Shown: in pieces, positions 25,327 to 36,663 of the stretch
Position numbering within the stretch: position 1 is the first letter of the stretch
Layout: each line of letters begins with the position of its first letter
From: Alloascoidea hylecoeti
Taxonomy: Eukaryota
Length of the DNA: 64,000 bases
NCBI GenBank assembly: GCA_001600815.1
Contig: BCKZ01000008.1
Span: forward strand, 682,001-746,000
Direction of reading: 5' to 3'
Position numbers and translations under genes: made by a program
Notes under the pieces: generated by a model
Seen by the model: the letters and a program-made list of their open reading frames with translations, nothing else
The model's database searches: none
Told to the model about the DNA's origin: nothing

Positions 25327-26448
25327 ATGCTCACTACCACTGCCACTGCCACCACTACTGTTGGTGCAAAGAAAAGAAAGACAGAGCCTGAACAACTCGA
25401 ACCTGAATTGTTGAAAACAGTTCCTCTGAAAAGACAAAACCGTGGAAGACTCTCCTTGTCAATTCCATCCCTCCGCAACCTTTCTTCTCTTTCCGACCTG
25501 ACATCCTCTGCGCCAAATTCTCTATCCAGCTCATCCTCCAACAGTAATGTCTGCAATCCCATCACCAGAGACGGACTTTCGGAATGTTTCCATAAAGTGT
25601 CCACTTCATTGTATGTCGCTTTGGCTCCGGTATATGCACTTAATCCTTTGCTAGGTATCAGAGAGCAGCACCTGGACCCGTTGGTAATGTCCTATTTCGC
25701 ACCCGCTAGGGGTGTAATTTTATCATACTACAACATACGACTCTACGGCGACCTCTCAAACAACAACACAAATAGTGTCACTTTCATGTGGATTTCTGTG
25801 GATTTTCTTATATGGAAGCCGTTGGTAGGGGACATTATTGAAGGCTACGTTGAGTCAGAAACGGCTTCCCAGATTAGTCTGCTAATACATGACGTATTTA
25901 AGATTATTGTGAAACGAGACTCGATACCTTCAAATTGGAGTTTCATCAATGGCCATTGGGTTAATTCGAATGGACAAAAAATAGATGAAAAACTACGTCT
26001 CACGATAAAGTCCGTTAAGGTCCTTGACAATAGGAATGTCATGCTTGATGGATCCTTACTTGTTTCAAATGGTACAGATTGTACTAAATATACATCTTCT
26101 CCCGATAACAGAACACATGACCGTCCTAGGCTTATTACACCAACAAGACGAACTAGAAGAATTACAAGATCTATGAGTCGTTTAAATGAATATACTTATG
26201 ATACAATTTATAACAATCAAAATTTCTTAAATTATCTGGATAAAAGGAAGCATGTTTCATCTGAAAAAGAAGAAGAAGATAGCGAAAGCGATAGCAATTC
26301 TGAAGAAGAAATAGTTCAAACCAGAAGCTCCGGTAGACGTCCAACCTTAACGGATGATATTAGCATTTATATAAACAAACTCAATGCTTCGGAAAATGAA
26401 GCGGATGACCATTCGGATTGTGAAAGTTATTGTGGTGAAACAGACTAG
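25327..26448 (+). CDS. RPA43: RNA polymerase I subunit A43-like
   Basis: TSLYVALAP..NPLLGIREQHLDPLVMSY, WKPLVGDIIEGYV, ISLLIHDVF and an acidic tail. Confidence 0.8.
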   Translation: MLTTTATATTTVGAKKRKTEPEQLEPELLKTVPLKRQNRGRLSLSIPSLRNLSSLSDLTSSAPNSLSSSSSNSNVCNPITRDGLSECFHKVSTSLYVALAPVYALNPLLGIREQHLDPLVMSYFAPARGVILSYYNIRLYGDLSNNNTNSVTFMWISVDFLIWKPLVGDIIEGYVESETASQISLLIHDVFKIIVKRDSIPSNWSFINGHWVNSNGQKIDEKLRLTIKSVKVLDNRNVMLDGSLLVSNGTDCTKYTSSPDNRTHDRPRLITPTRRTRRITRSMSRLNEYTYDTIYNNQNFLNYLDKRKHVSSEKEEEDSESDSNSEEEIVQTRSSGRRPTLTDDISIYINKLNASENEADDHSDCESYCGETD

Positions 26449-29400
26449 TTCATAATTACACGATTTTTGAATAACAAAAAGAATATAAGAAAGAAACAAA
26501 GCTTCATTTAAACCCCCATTTATTGTTATTATTTAACTATCATGTCTTATCCTCATACTATGATTATCATTTCATCATTTGCTTTACTTTGACATATTTT
26601 CACCCCATTTCCATTTCTATATTCCTTTGTTCCTTACTCCATTATTATCTCCCACATCTAAATTATAATGAACTACTACGTTATCTTCAATTGACATTGA
26701 ATTAGTAGGGTGCATATATAGTAAGCTGAACATGATCATTTCCATTAACCATCTACTTGAGAAACTAGCTAAAGTACTATTGTACTACACATTAGGTGGT
26801 ATCATTATATCAACATACCTAAGTTTGAACCTTATTAGTTATTATTGTCATAGTAGTGTTTCCTCCTCAGTTATGTCTTCCTCCTCATTTATGTGAGTTA
26901 GGTAATTATTCTAATTTCTTCGAAAATCAAAAATTCAATATATATCTTTAAATTTAAAAAATTCATGATGTTAATGATATTCCCAAAAAAATAATTAACA
27001 TTAGCTATTATATTAAAAGTGTTACTGGTACCAAGAGTGAAATGAATGTGTTTCTTCAAGTAATATACGATGTAGAGGTATACGTACTATGTTTATACTA
27101 TACTATAGTTAACTAAAATACTCATTTAATTCTATAATCAGTTAAGGGTGGGATATTACTAAACTGTTGAATTGTTACTTGAGATGACGATGGTAAATCT
27201 AGTACCGCTTAATGAATATTAAGCTTAGATAACACCTTATAACACTGTCTTATAATTCTACGGTAATAATTACTAAATAGTCTTTTATATTGGTTATACA
27301 ACTATTCATATATATGATAAACAAAAAACTAGCTACCTGTAATATAGTTATAGCTATAATAGTATAGTGTTGGCAAGTTGGTAATTAAATTAAACTAAAT
27401 ATTCGGCCACGCATTGGTTTCCTTCGAGTTGTTTTATTCAGTTGACTTTCACATTTTAATCTGATAATGACCCCAATATAATATTTCTCTCTTTAAATTG
27501 ATGAGGACTAACTTATACCTGTTAGTGCTGGGGGATTATGTTCTGAAAGCTCGCACAAGGTGGCTGGATATTGATATTTAGTGCATAACTTGGCCTATGA
27601 TGACTGTATCATGAAATTTCTAACGCTAGCACTACTTATTTCCAGTATTTGAAAGTTCGAGTTATTTCACGGTCAACAGCAATTGTTATATTGATTAGTA
27701 TCCAGTAGCTTCCAATTGAGTTTAAAGCTTGTAGTAATTACAACATGCATGTACAAGTTTTTTCCAAATAAAAATGCAAGATTAGATAGATCTATAGCCC
27801 ACTATTGACTACTCTACAAGTCCATAAATCGTTCTTGAAATTGTTCATAATTTTCCGTAAATTCTAGAGATTATATTAGTCTAACGAACAGGTTAAGCTT
27901 ACATGTAGGTATTTAGTACTAGTAACCCCTAACGTCATAAACGACTGCCGCTTTACATCCATTATGATAGGAGCCCGACCACTCTATAACTATTAGCTAC
28001 ATGTGTTAGCAATACAATGAAGTACCAAATTCCAGCTCATACCATGAAACTTACTGACCCATAATTCTTTATTTTATAAATATTTCGGGTTTAAAGTTTG
28101 GTCTGACTTACATAATGATCGTTGTTGAGACATGTAATTAACGCCACGATTCGGAAGTCAACGAATGAATGATATCTAACTCAGGTTTGGCTATAAACGG
28201 ATAGACAGCCGTACAACCAATTTCAACGTTAACGGTAGCCGTCGACCGTTGATGGTGTGGGGTTTTCTTGAGATGAGCTCGAGCTGGAAACTGAGCGAAG
28301 AAACCTGAGGAAAAAATATCATTTATGAATAATAATAATTAATATTAATAGCAACAAATAATTAAATATGACATACATCTATGTAATAATCATAAGCTTT
28401 ATGCAAGCATTTCTCCTAAAGTCACTTGTGCCTGGCTCTGATGGTTGTTATCATCCAGTAGGGGGTTGGAATTATCTTGTCGTGGTCAAAGCACGAACAT
28501 GGTTATTGATAATTTGGTATAAGTCTCCTTTTTGGCTGCCTGGTCATGGGCCATAGGCCAATTGCAAGACATAAATATTAGCAATTGAAAAACTCGACTC
28601 TTATAATACACTCACTCGAAGTTATCGGAATATAATCCAAAAGGTGATCTACAAATTAAATAATATCTAGCGAATCTTAGTCCAGTTATGAAAAGAAATG
28701 TAAAATTTTTTTCACATATATCTAGTGTAATTTTATTATTATATTTATACGATCATGATCTCTATAACCTAACTATAAGTTATAAGATTATATTCTATGT
28801 CTAATGTCTATACTTCATACGATATCGACACCGGCCCAATAGCTACATAGTATGAAAGTTTAACAACGTTAACTTGTACACTTGTTTATTGATAGGAGTC
28901 TTATATATAGATCTATATGATATTGATGATCAACAATCCAACATCGATATCAATCCCTTTTTCAAGTATAACTTATATATTACGTACCAACGTTAACGTT
29001 AACATAATATGCATGTGCCATTATTATCAATTTGGTTTTATGAACTACTCGTATCAAAAATTTGTGCAATTTTTTTTTTTCTTGCTTATTATAATTAACA
29101 TATAAATTGTCTCACATAAAAAAAACAACAACAAAAAACCGCACATTATTTAATTGCATTTTTGTTCGTGGTATAATAATTATAATGATACACTTTTTGA
29201 GGAATATGTGGTACTGACGGTGATCTTAGATCTATTTAATTGTGGCTCGTGAGTCTCCGTTAACCCATGATAAATTGTTAATTAGAAAATTTAGAAGCTT
29301 AATGGGTGGTAGAGTGTTTTAAGACTCGAAGGCTTTGAAGATAATAATTTGTAGGACCCAAAATTATAATTAGGACACGCGACACGATCACTCCAATTCA

Positions 29401-29856
29401 CTCATCATCTGTTAACATCTTCTGTAACTGAAAATAGTCTGTTTTTGCAGGAACCAACTTAACTCAGTAGATCATTAACAGTATTATTTTACGATTCTGA
29501 TCTTCACACAATCCATTAATATCGTAGAATTTCAAATATTCGATCTTATTACTACGTAATACATTATGAATGCTGCTAGTCATATGGCTTTTTATTCAAT
29601 ACAGATATTTGATACATTGATATTAAGTACTGATATAAATGTACCAGTTTAACAAATATAAAATAAAAATATAAAGCCATCAAGTCAAGCAGAGCAGATC
29701 AATTGTAATCAAAATAAGAAGGTATTTCGATACACAGGAAGAATGATAAGATATTAAAAAAAGGACACAAAGAAAAAAGTAAATCAGGAAACCCATCTTA
29801 AAGATAATGTGCTAGCTATTCAATTTTTAAAATTCTTCTTCTAAACTATAACACAT

Positions 29857-30675
29857 TTAATTTTCAGGAGCAGTTGGCGCAACGTCGCCATCAGCGTCGA
29901 CAGCTGGTGCAGGGGAAGCTTCCTCCTTCTTTTCTTCTTTAGATTTTTCCCTGTCCTCAGATTCAGCCATATCGGAAGTCCACAAAGTTAAATTATCTCT
30001 CAACAATTGCATAATGAGTGTTGAATCCTTGTAACTTTCCTCGCTCAATGAATCCAATTCGGCAATAGCATCATCGAAAGCTTGTTTAGCCAATTCACAA
30101 GCTTGATCAGGACTATTCTGGATTTCATAGTAGAAAACAGAGAAATTCAAAGCCAAACCTAATCGGATTGGATGGGTTGGTGGTAGATCAGTTTGAGCAA
30201 TGTCAAGGGATTGTTGGTACGCCTTTAGAGAATCGCTAGCAGCCTTTGATCTAACATCATCTACTGAGAATTCAGCAAGATAACGGTAGTAATCTCCAAG
30301 CATCTTGTAGTAAAAAACCTTTGATTCACTTGATTTCGACTTTGGAATTAAATGTGTATTTAGGATGTCTAGAGTATCTTTACAGATATCTGTAAGCTCC
30401 TCTTCGATTTTGGCCCTATACTTTGAAACGAGTTCAACGTGGTGAGATGATCCCTTAGCTTCTTCCCTTTGCTCAATTGAGGAGATGATTCTCCAAGAAG
30501 CCCTGTGAGTACCAATAACATTCTTGTAGGCAACGGACAATAAATTACGCTCTTCGACGGCGAGTTCTGAATCGGCAGAAGCGGCAACAGATTTCATGGC
30601 ACTGACCATTTCTTCATAACGTTCGGCCTGTTCGGCGAGCTTTGCGAGGTAAACGTTTTGTTCTCTGGAAGACAT
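29857..30675 (-). CDS. 14-3-3 protein (divergent Bmh paralogue)
   Basis: [62 protein letters not shown]. Confidence 0.95.
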   Translation of the reverse strand: MSSREQNVYLAKLAEQAERYEEMVSAMKSVAASADSELAVEERNLLSVAYKNVIGTHRASWRIISSIEQREEAKGSSHHVELVSKYRAKIEEELTDICKDTLDILNTHLIPKSKSSESKVFYYKMLGDYYRYLAEFSVDDVRSKAASDSLKAYQQSLDIAQTDLPPTHPIRLGLALNFSVFYYEIQNSPDQACELAKQAFDDAIAELDSLSEESYKDSTLIMQLLRDNLTLWTSDMAESEDREKSKEEKKEEASPAPAVDADGDVAPTAPEN

Positions 30676-30901
30676 CACTAATATTGTAATAGTTGGTATT
30701 AATTGGGGTTTGCGGGAAGAGCAAAGGAGAAGTGTATTTGCTTGTCAAGTGAGGTGGCGGTTTTAGCAGCTCTGCGCCGGGTAACTGTCCCCCTGTGCTG
30801 GCAGCTGCGTCAATGCTGAGATGTACGCCTATTTTCCTTATAAGCTGCAAATCGTCCGATTGTTCTTGGAGTCCTCCGTCGACCTGTTATTTATGGAGCA
30901 A

Positions 30902-31332
30902 ATGTTATCTAAAACTGTTCTTCGTTCTTCCTCAATCGTGTCAAGAACTATCCCCAAACAAATGAGATTCTATTCTGCTGGTGACACTGGAGCCCCCCGT
31001 GGTGAGCAAGGTGGTGATGCTTTCACTGTAAGTTTAGGTTTAGATTTATGCTGGTATACGCTTATTTAACTTCTGACCATTGGTTAATTATACATTAGCA
31101 ACGCGAAAAAGCCCAAGAAGATTACTATGTCAGGCAGCGTGAAGCCGAAAAACTTGCTTCTTTAAAGGAGCAGCTTAAGAAACATCAAGAGGAGGTTGAT
31201 ACCCTCAAGAAAAGAGTGTAAGTATTTCCTGTACCCCGGACTCCGTTGTCGATTTAAGGTTTCGCTAATGCATATGGTTGGATGCTTTTGTGTCCACGAC
31301 TATTTTTTAGGGACGATCTTGAGAAGAAATAA
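30902..31332 (+). CDS. INH1: Mitochondrial F1-ATPase inhibitor IF1 (Inh1/Stf1 family), 3 exons (30902-31027, 31099-31217, 31311-31332)
   Basis: Presequence plus YSAGDTGAPR..GDAFT/QREKAQEDYYVRQREAEKL..KKRV/DDLEKK*; introns 31028-31098 and 31218-31310, both GTAAGT..TAG. Confidence 0.88.
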
Positions 31333-32079
31333 AGCAAACGACTATTTCTATTGATCTTGATTCATAAATTATCAGCTCGTGGAGAAAATTTAAAAAAAGT
31401 TCATGTTTGCAATCGATTTTTATTGTTTTTGTCTTAACAAAATGAAGTAGCACTGATTTAAAATGTGGGGGTTTCCCTAATATATATCGGCAATAAATAT
31501 ATTTATGGAAAACGAATTAATGATCAATAAATATAGTAATTAAGATAGTAAAGTAACGAAATCATAAGCTAGTATCTATAGTTTTGATCAGTAGGGTAGT
31601 GTGATTAATATTAACATCGTTGGAGTACGAAGGTCCACATATCTTATAGATATAGGTTCCGATAATCTATCATATAGCACTAGTTAATGTTAACCTGTTC
31701 TAATATGATACGTATGAATATACATGTAATAAATATAAGGGCTTATAATTATATTGAGAAATATATATAGTACAACTGCTGCAAATCCGTGGTTTTCTAT
31801 CTCTACTAAACCTTAAGTTCATACTATATAATTGTAAATAGTTAGCTTTATCAGTCTATAACAGAATCTATTTTCATTAAAATCTATAAAATGAAACAAA
31901 AACGAAATTTAACGAATATCAACAAAATGTAAGAAAAAGGGAAATATTCTACTATAACTACTCAGTTTTGTCATGCTATCAAATATGATTATAAGCAGAA
32001 GCTAGTTATACTGGTATAGTCCATTTAACTAATTATGGACCGTGGAACAAAATCATTGTGTTAACGTTAACATTATCGG

Positions 32080-33060
32080 CGCATGACGCAGATGCCTGGG
32101 TATGAGAATTTTGAGAACTTAAACTGAGTGGCAGTTAAAATATGGAATATTTGTCACACATAATTATATTCTTAATTACCAGAGTGATGATTCTAATTCT
32201 CAAACAAGGCCAACTACGTATATATTAGGATGGAATTACATGATCCGATCTGAGTAAGAATGTGTAGGTGTGTTAATGAACTTACAGTTATTTCACTTAA
32301 TTTCGGCCATTCTGATTACCCAAGACCCAGGAGATTTATCAGTTGTTTAACTTGCTATACCTACACAAAAAGTGGATTTCGCCAAATCAGGAATGAGATG
32401 TGTTTATAATTCTAGATTACATAAACTAAACCAAATATCAAGATGTAGAGATATCTGATGAACATTATAATCCATAACTTTTTTAATTTTCTATTAGGTT
32501 GAGGCCACAAGGGCAAAATTTTATCATTTGGATTATAATAATTAAGATGACAAGTTCTTGACTGTGTAAGTATACTGGTTGTCTTTCTGTTTTCTGCTTG
32601 ATTGAACCTTTGAGGGTAGCGTTAATTGGGTCTTGATATTTCCTGTAAAACTGAGTTTAATATTGCCTCATGATATTACTGTACATGTATCTGATATTAA
32701 TTTCAAATCTTGGATTTTGAGTTCTCTAGGATCAAGGCTTCGGTTTAAGTCAGTACTATAGCTAGTTGGCTGAGTGGTGGATGACGTTAGTTACAATTTA
32801 ATAGGTCGATAGGATTTTTTCTTCCATGCTCTTGAAAAAATATTAGATAATGGGACTTTTTTGGCCTAAGATTCGATTGCAAGAACCCTATTTTAGCTTG
32901 GAGAATTTTAACGGGAGTTGATTTAATAGCACCCAAAATATTTCTCATATACCTATTATGTAAAATAGTGATGAAGGTTTTTCCTTATAGCTGAATACTA
33001 AATTCCATACTCGAGTAATAGATAGAAAAGCTTTGATCTTTTGTCTCATTCTAGTAAATT
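32080..33060 (-). mobile_element. Highly degenerate non-LTR (LINE, Tad1-like) retrotransposon remnant
   Basis: Fragments in LINE ORF2 order: LLEYGI (33018-33001), ILGAIKSTPVKILQAKIGFL (from 32939, cf. ILGAFRTTP..L.AE.G), PLWP, then a weak RNase H-like IPRH; many stops and frameshifts. Confidence 0.45.
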
Positions 33061-33912
33061 GCAATTGAAAGCTCTTTATTCTGTTTCAACTGCATGTGGA
33101 TGTATTTGAAGTCACAGTTTTATTCATATAATATCAGCTAGTATAGGCGAATAAAAGTAATCACAGAAAACGGCAGAATGAATCCCCAACTTTAGTTCTA
33201 CCAAATAACTTATGTATACCTAATTTAGCTTAGCTCATCTAGATCTATAATTCAGAAGCTAAAGGTTATAATTGTACCCACCCTTAAGTTTCCTCCTAGT
33301 CTTACGTGATAGTTCTTTATATATATTAATTATCTGTCAATTTAATTCGTTCATGTAGTTGATCATAAGAAAATGCTTGCAATTGAAGAGGGGCTGTATA
33401 AAATGTTGAATCGAAGACTCATCTATATCAGCTTTTCAAAATAAGTGTGCAAGCAAGTAGTAAATTCTACTTTCCATTTGTATGTTAGAATAAATCTGTC
33501 ATTTCATGTTGTTGTGCTAGATCAAAAAATGGGAGCTGAGAAAACCTCATATCCCCTTTCATTTTAGATGTGATCTACCATAGTAAATTAATAATTCATT
33601 TTTATTAAATATAACTTTTTCTTTCCTTTCTTTCTTAAGTTCTTTTTTAGTTTTATAATTAGTTGTTATCCTTCATATCGCTTTAAGATCGCCAATAGGT
33701 CCTTGATATAATAATGTTACTGAACTGTGGTTTACTGGATATCTTTAACACATATATTATAATTTTTACTATGTACATATTATAATCTTATTTTTAAAAT
33801 AGATTACAAGACGACAAAGCTTCAACATCTAGAACTAGAGGGCCGGGGTGGGCTGGGAACATCTCTATATATACCACCATATTTTTTTGAAGACAATCAA
33901 ATAAAATTCGAG

Positions 33913-33926
33913 TATATAAATATAAA
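33913..33926 (+). promoter_or_regulatory. TATA box upstream of the putative structured ncRNA
   Basis: TATATAAATATAAA 10-25 nt before the first paired segment; GC-rich box GGCCGGGGTGGGCTGGG at 33841. Confidence 0.5.
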
Positions 33927-33934
33927 CTTCATGC

Positions 33935-35140
33935 AAGGTGGGTGCTTTAGCAATCAAATAATAAAATCCTATTTGGTTTGGCTTTGAGTTTGAACTGAGG
34001 ATGGTGACCTAGCTATTTAAGCATCCCGTTTAAGGGGAGTTAACGAATGCGCACTAAATTTAAATATTGATTTTGGAGTTGCTGATGAACTATTTGAGTC
34101 TCAATAGACCCTGTTTAAATCTAGTATTGATTTGTTGTTTAAAGGTGAAGTTGTTAATGTTGATAATCATAAGGAGGCGAACTTCATGGTTTTGGTTACA
34201 TTGAAAGAGGAGGTGGAGCAATATTTGAGGTTCTCCGCATTCGCAGGGGGTGGATACCACCATAGCAATATATTAAACATTAATGTTGTATTAAGCCTGG
34301 CTATCTAATCAGGCATTTCGTATGTCATTTTCACTATTTTCACTATATGACATATGTAGTGTTGCTCACACGGATTGTTTCATGTTCCGCAGCATTTCAA
34401 CCTCGTGTAGTATGTTACAGGCTTTCGTAAACCCCAGCTTCAATTCGGGCGCTCTTGGTGGGAACGGGAAACCTAATGGGAAGAAAATCGGGACCATCTA
34501 TGAGGTTATATTGAACATGTAAAATTAGATAAGCAAAGTCAACTGCGAGTTTAGATGATTTCAGGGTGTTGTAAACAGCTGCGGGGACTGTTAGCACTCA
34601 AACAGTTAACGTTCATTAATCACCAACTCTGAAATCAACATTTAGTGCGTCTCCCTCAATTCCCCTTAAACGAGATGCTTAAATGGTTGGCTCACCAACC
34701 TCAAATCTCTTTCTACGTGCCCAATAATGGGTGGGGATCCTCTCTAAGCGTTACATTTATACCAACCCAAAGCTGGTTGACCTCTCATGATGTCTATGGC
34801 CATCACACAATGAGATAATTTTAGATATCCAATGCATATGGGATCCTATTTGGTATCTCGATTGCTATTCACTATCCACCATTATCCACTACACAGTAGT
34901 ACACCTTCGCCGCCAGTCACGAGAAATCGTGGGTTATTTAGATAAAATTTAACTAAATTTACATAATTCAGATCTAATTTTATTAGTTTGTACTAAAAAA
35001 AGGATATTGTGCCCAATCTGGAAACAGAATAGGTATATGTGCACTGTAAGACCGTATTCAAGGGTTTTGGCCAACACCAAATACTCACCCTCCTCAATGA
35101 GTCTGTGGATACTGTAATATTAATACTGCAGCTGTAATGT
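33935..35140 (+). ncRNA. Putative ~1.2-kb highly structured non-coding RNA (telomerase RNA candidate)
   Basis: No credible ORF; higher GC than the flanks; ~145-bp imperfect helix 33996-34140/34527-34703; outer helix TAGCAATC/GATTGCTA; many nested hairpins, two with GAAA tetraloops; G-U pairs mostly on the + strand. Identity not established. Confidence 0.6.
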
Positions 35141-35730
35141 GATATCATATTTTCAACATTAGATTTGTGTATATGAATGCTAGTATTTATTACTATTGTA
35201 ACTATTGTTAGAATACAATAGCAATTAAATTTAAAAATTAAATATGATTGTTTTCAAATTCGCATAACATTTGCACGTTTCCAATTGATATGTAATATGC
35301 ATAATCAATAATTACTATATTCAGCCTGCGGTCTTTAAAAGTTATTAAGTTTATATTTGACAGGTTTAAACTATAAAGTTAAAGGAATCAGTCTAAAGTC
35401 TCATGGTGAATAAAAGTTGAAGGGTTTACTTTTTTTTTTTTTTTTTGAATTTGAACAGTATAATAAGAAATATAAATAGAAAAATCATAACCAATAAATA
35501 ATTATACATTCAGACAATAAAAACTCTTTTTTTGCATCCTTTTTTGGGAACTTAAAATCTATGGTTATCTCTATATTTCTTCATAAAAGATTGCATTAGA
35601 AATACCAAATCTTTTACGGTTATTCAATATTTATAACTGTGATTTGATATATTATAGATGTAAGCGTCAATAATAAAAAATGCCCTCTATTGCAATCTAT
35701 CAAATAAAAAGAATGATATTCAATTTGTAA

Positions 35731-36663
35731 TCATAGGCTTAAATGTTCTGGTTTTGAAAATTTAAATTCCATGCTGTAATCAATCTGTGAAGTTACCGGT
35801 AGTACAGGCTCCTTTTTGAATCCCAATCCTGGTTGATTTATTCGCGATTCTTTGCCCTTAAAACAAAAAATATCGTATAGTCCACCTCCAATAAATGTCC
35901 CGAGAATGGGTGCGATAATTGGAACCCAGAAGTAGTGCTCACCTTCTGTCCATATTTCGCTACCATATCCAAGAATACAAGCAGCAAGCCTTGGGCCAAA
36001 ATCTCTTGCAAAATTCATAGCGAATCCAGTTTGAACTCCAAAACATCCTCCAATAGCAGTAATCAAAAGCATCAGAGCAAAAGGAAATGTACTTGCAGTT
36101 GCGCCAGCATTGTAGGTATCTGCTAGACTAAAAATACCAAATTGTAGAAAAGCACTAGCAACTAACTCAGAAACAAACTGGGCTCCTCTTGTCAAGTATG
36201 GCTTGGGAAGAGAAAAGAACATACCAGCACTTGGATGAGCGCCGGTGACTGTTCTTACTCCATGTCCTTCAAAGCTGTCAATATTTGATTTATATACACC
36301 AAATACAAGAAAAGAGGCGAGTAAAGCTCCAAAGAATTGAGCAAATATATATCCAGGAACCTTTTTCCAAGAAAATCCTCTATATGTAGCAGATGCAATA
36401 GTAACAGATGGATTTAAATGAGCACCAGAATTTCCAGCACATGCAAAGAATCCAAGCATGACGGCAATTCCCCACATCAAATTAATTGATAGATAGCCAC
36501 CATATCCTGGGTTCATTGTAGTTTGAGCTATAGAGCCAATACCAAAAGATATGAACACAAATGTGCCCCAGAACTCACCTAAGTAATCGATGTAATCAGC
36601 TCTTATTTTGGCCCAAGTATGTGGGTATACTTCCTCTTCATATTCATTTGTTGATTTGGACAT
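35731..36663 (-). CDS. Aquaglyceroporin (MIP family) copy 1, NPS/NFA motifs
   Basis: GEFWGTF, SGAHLNPSVT, TGFAMNFARDFGPR, YFWVPIIAP. Confidence 0.93.
   Translation of the reverse strand: MSKSTNEYEEEVYPHTWAKIRADYIDYLGEFWGTFVFISFGIGSIAQTTMNPGYGGYLSINLMWGIAVMLGFFACAGNSGAHLNPSVTIASATYRGFSWKKVPGYIFAQFFGALLASFLVFGVYKSNIDSFEGHGVRTVTGAHPSAGMFFSLPKPYLTRGAQFVSELVASAFLQFGIFSLADTYNAGATASTFPFALMLLITAIGGCFGVQTGFAMNFARDFGPRLAACILGYGSEIWTEGEHYFWVPIIAPILGTFIGGGLYDIFCFKGKESRINQPGLGFKKEPVLPVTSQIDYSMEFKFSKPEHLSL

Noticed and set aside
27534..27660. ARTRWLD (hAT-like TRW) and a short signal-peptide-like ORF MKFLTLALLISSI*
   Set aside because: Too short, with no supporting collinear motifs
33935..35140. Identification of the structured RNA as SRP RNA, RNase P/MRP, U1/U2, snR30 or a group I intron
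   Set aside because: I could not find the SRP helix-8 CAGG..GNRA..AGCA motif, RNase P CR-I GGGAAATTCGGTG, the U1 5' end ATACTTACC, or snR30 m1. GTGTAGTA at 34405 lacks U2 context, and the P/Q-like motifs are in the wrong order for a group I intron
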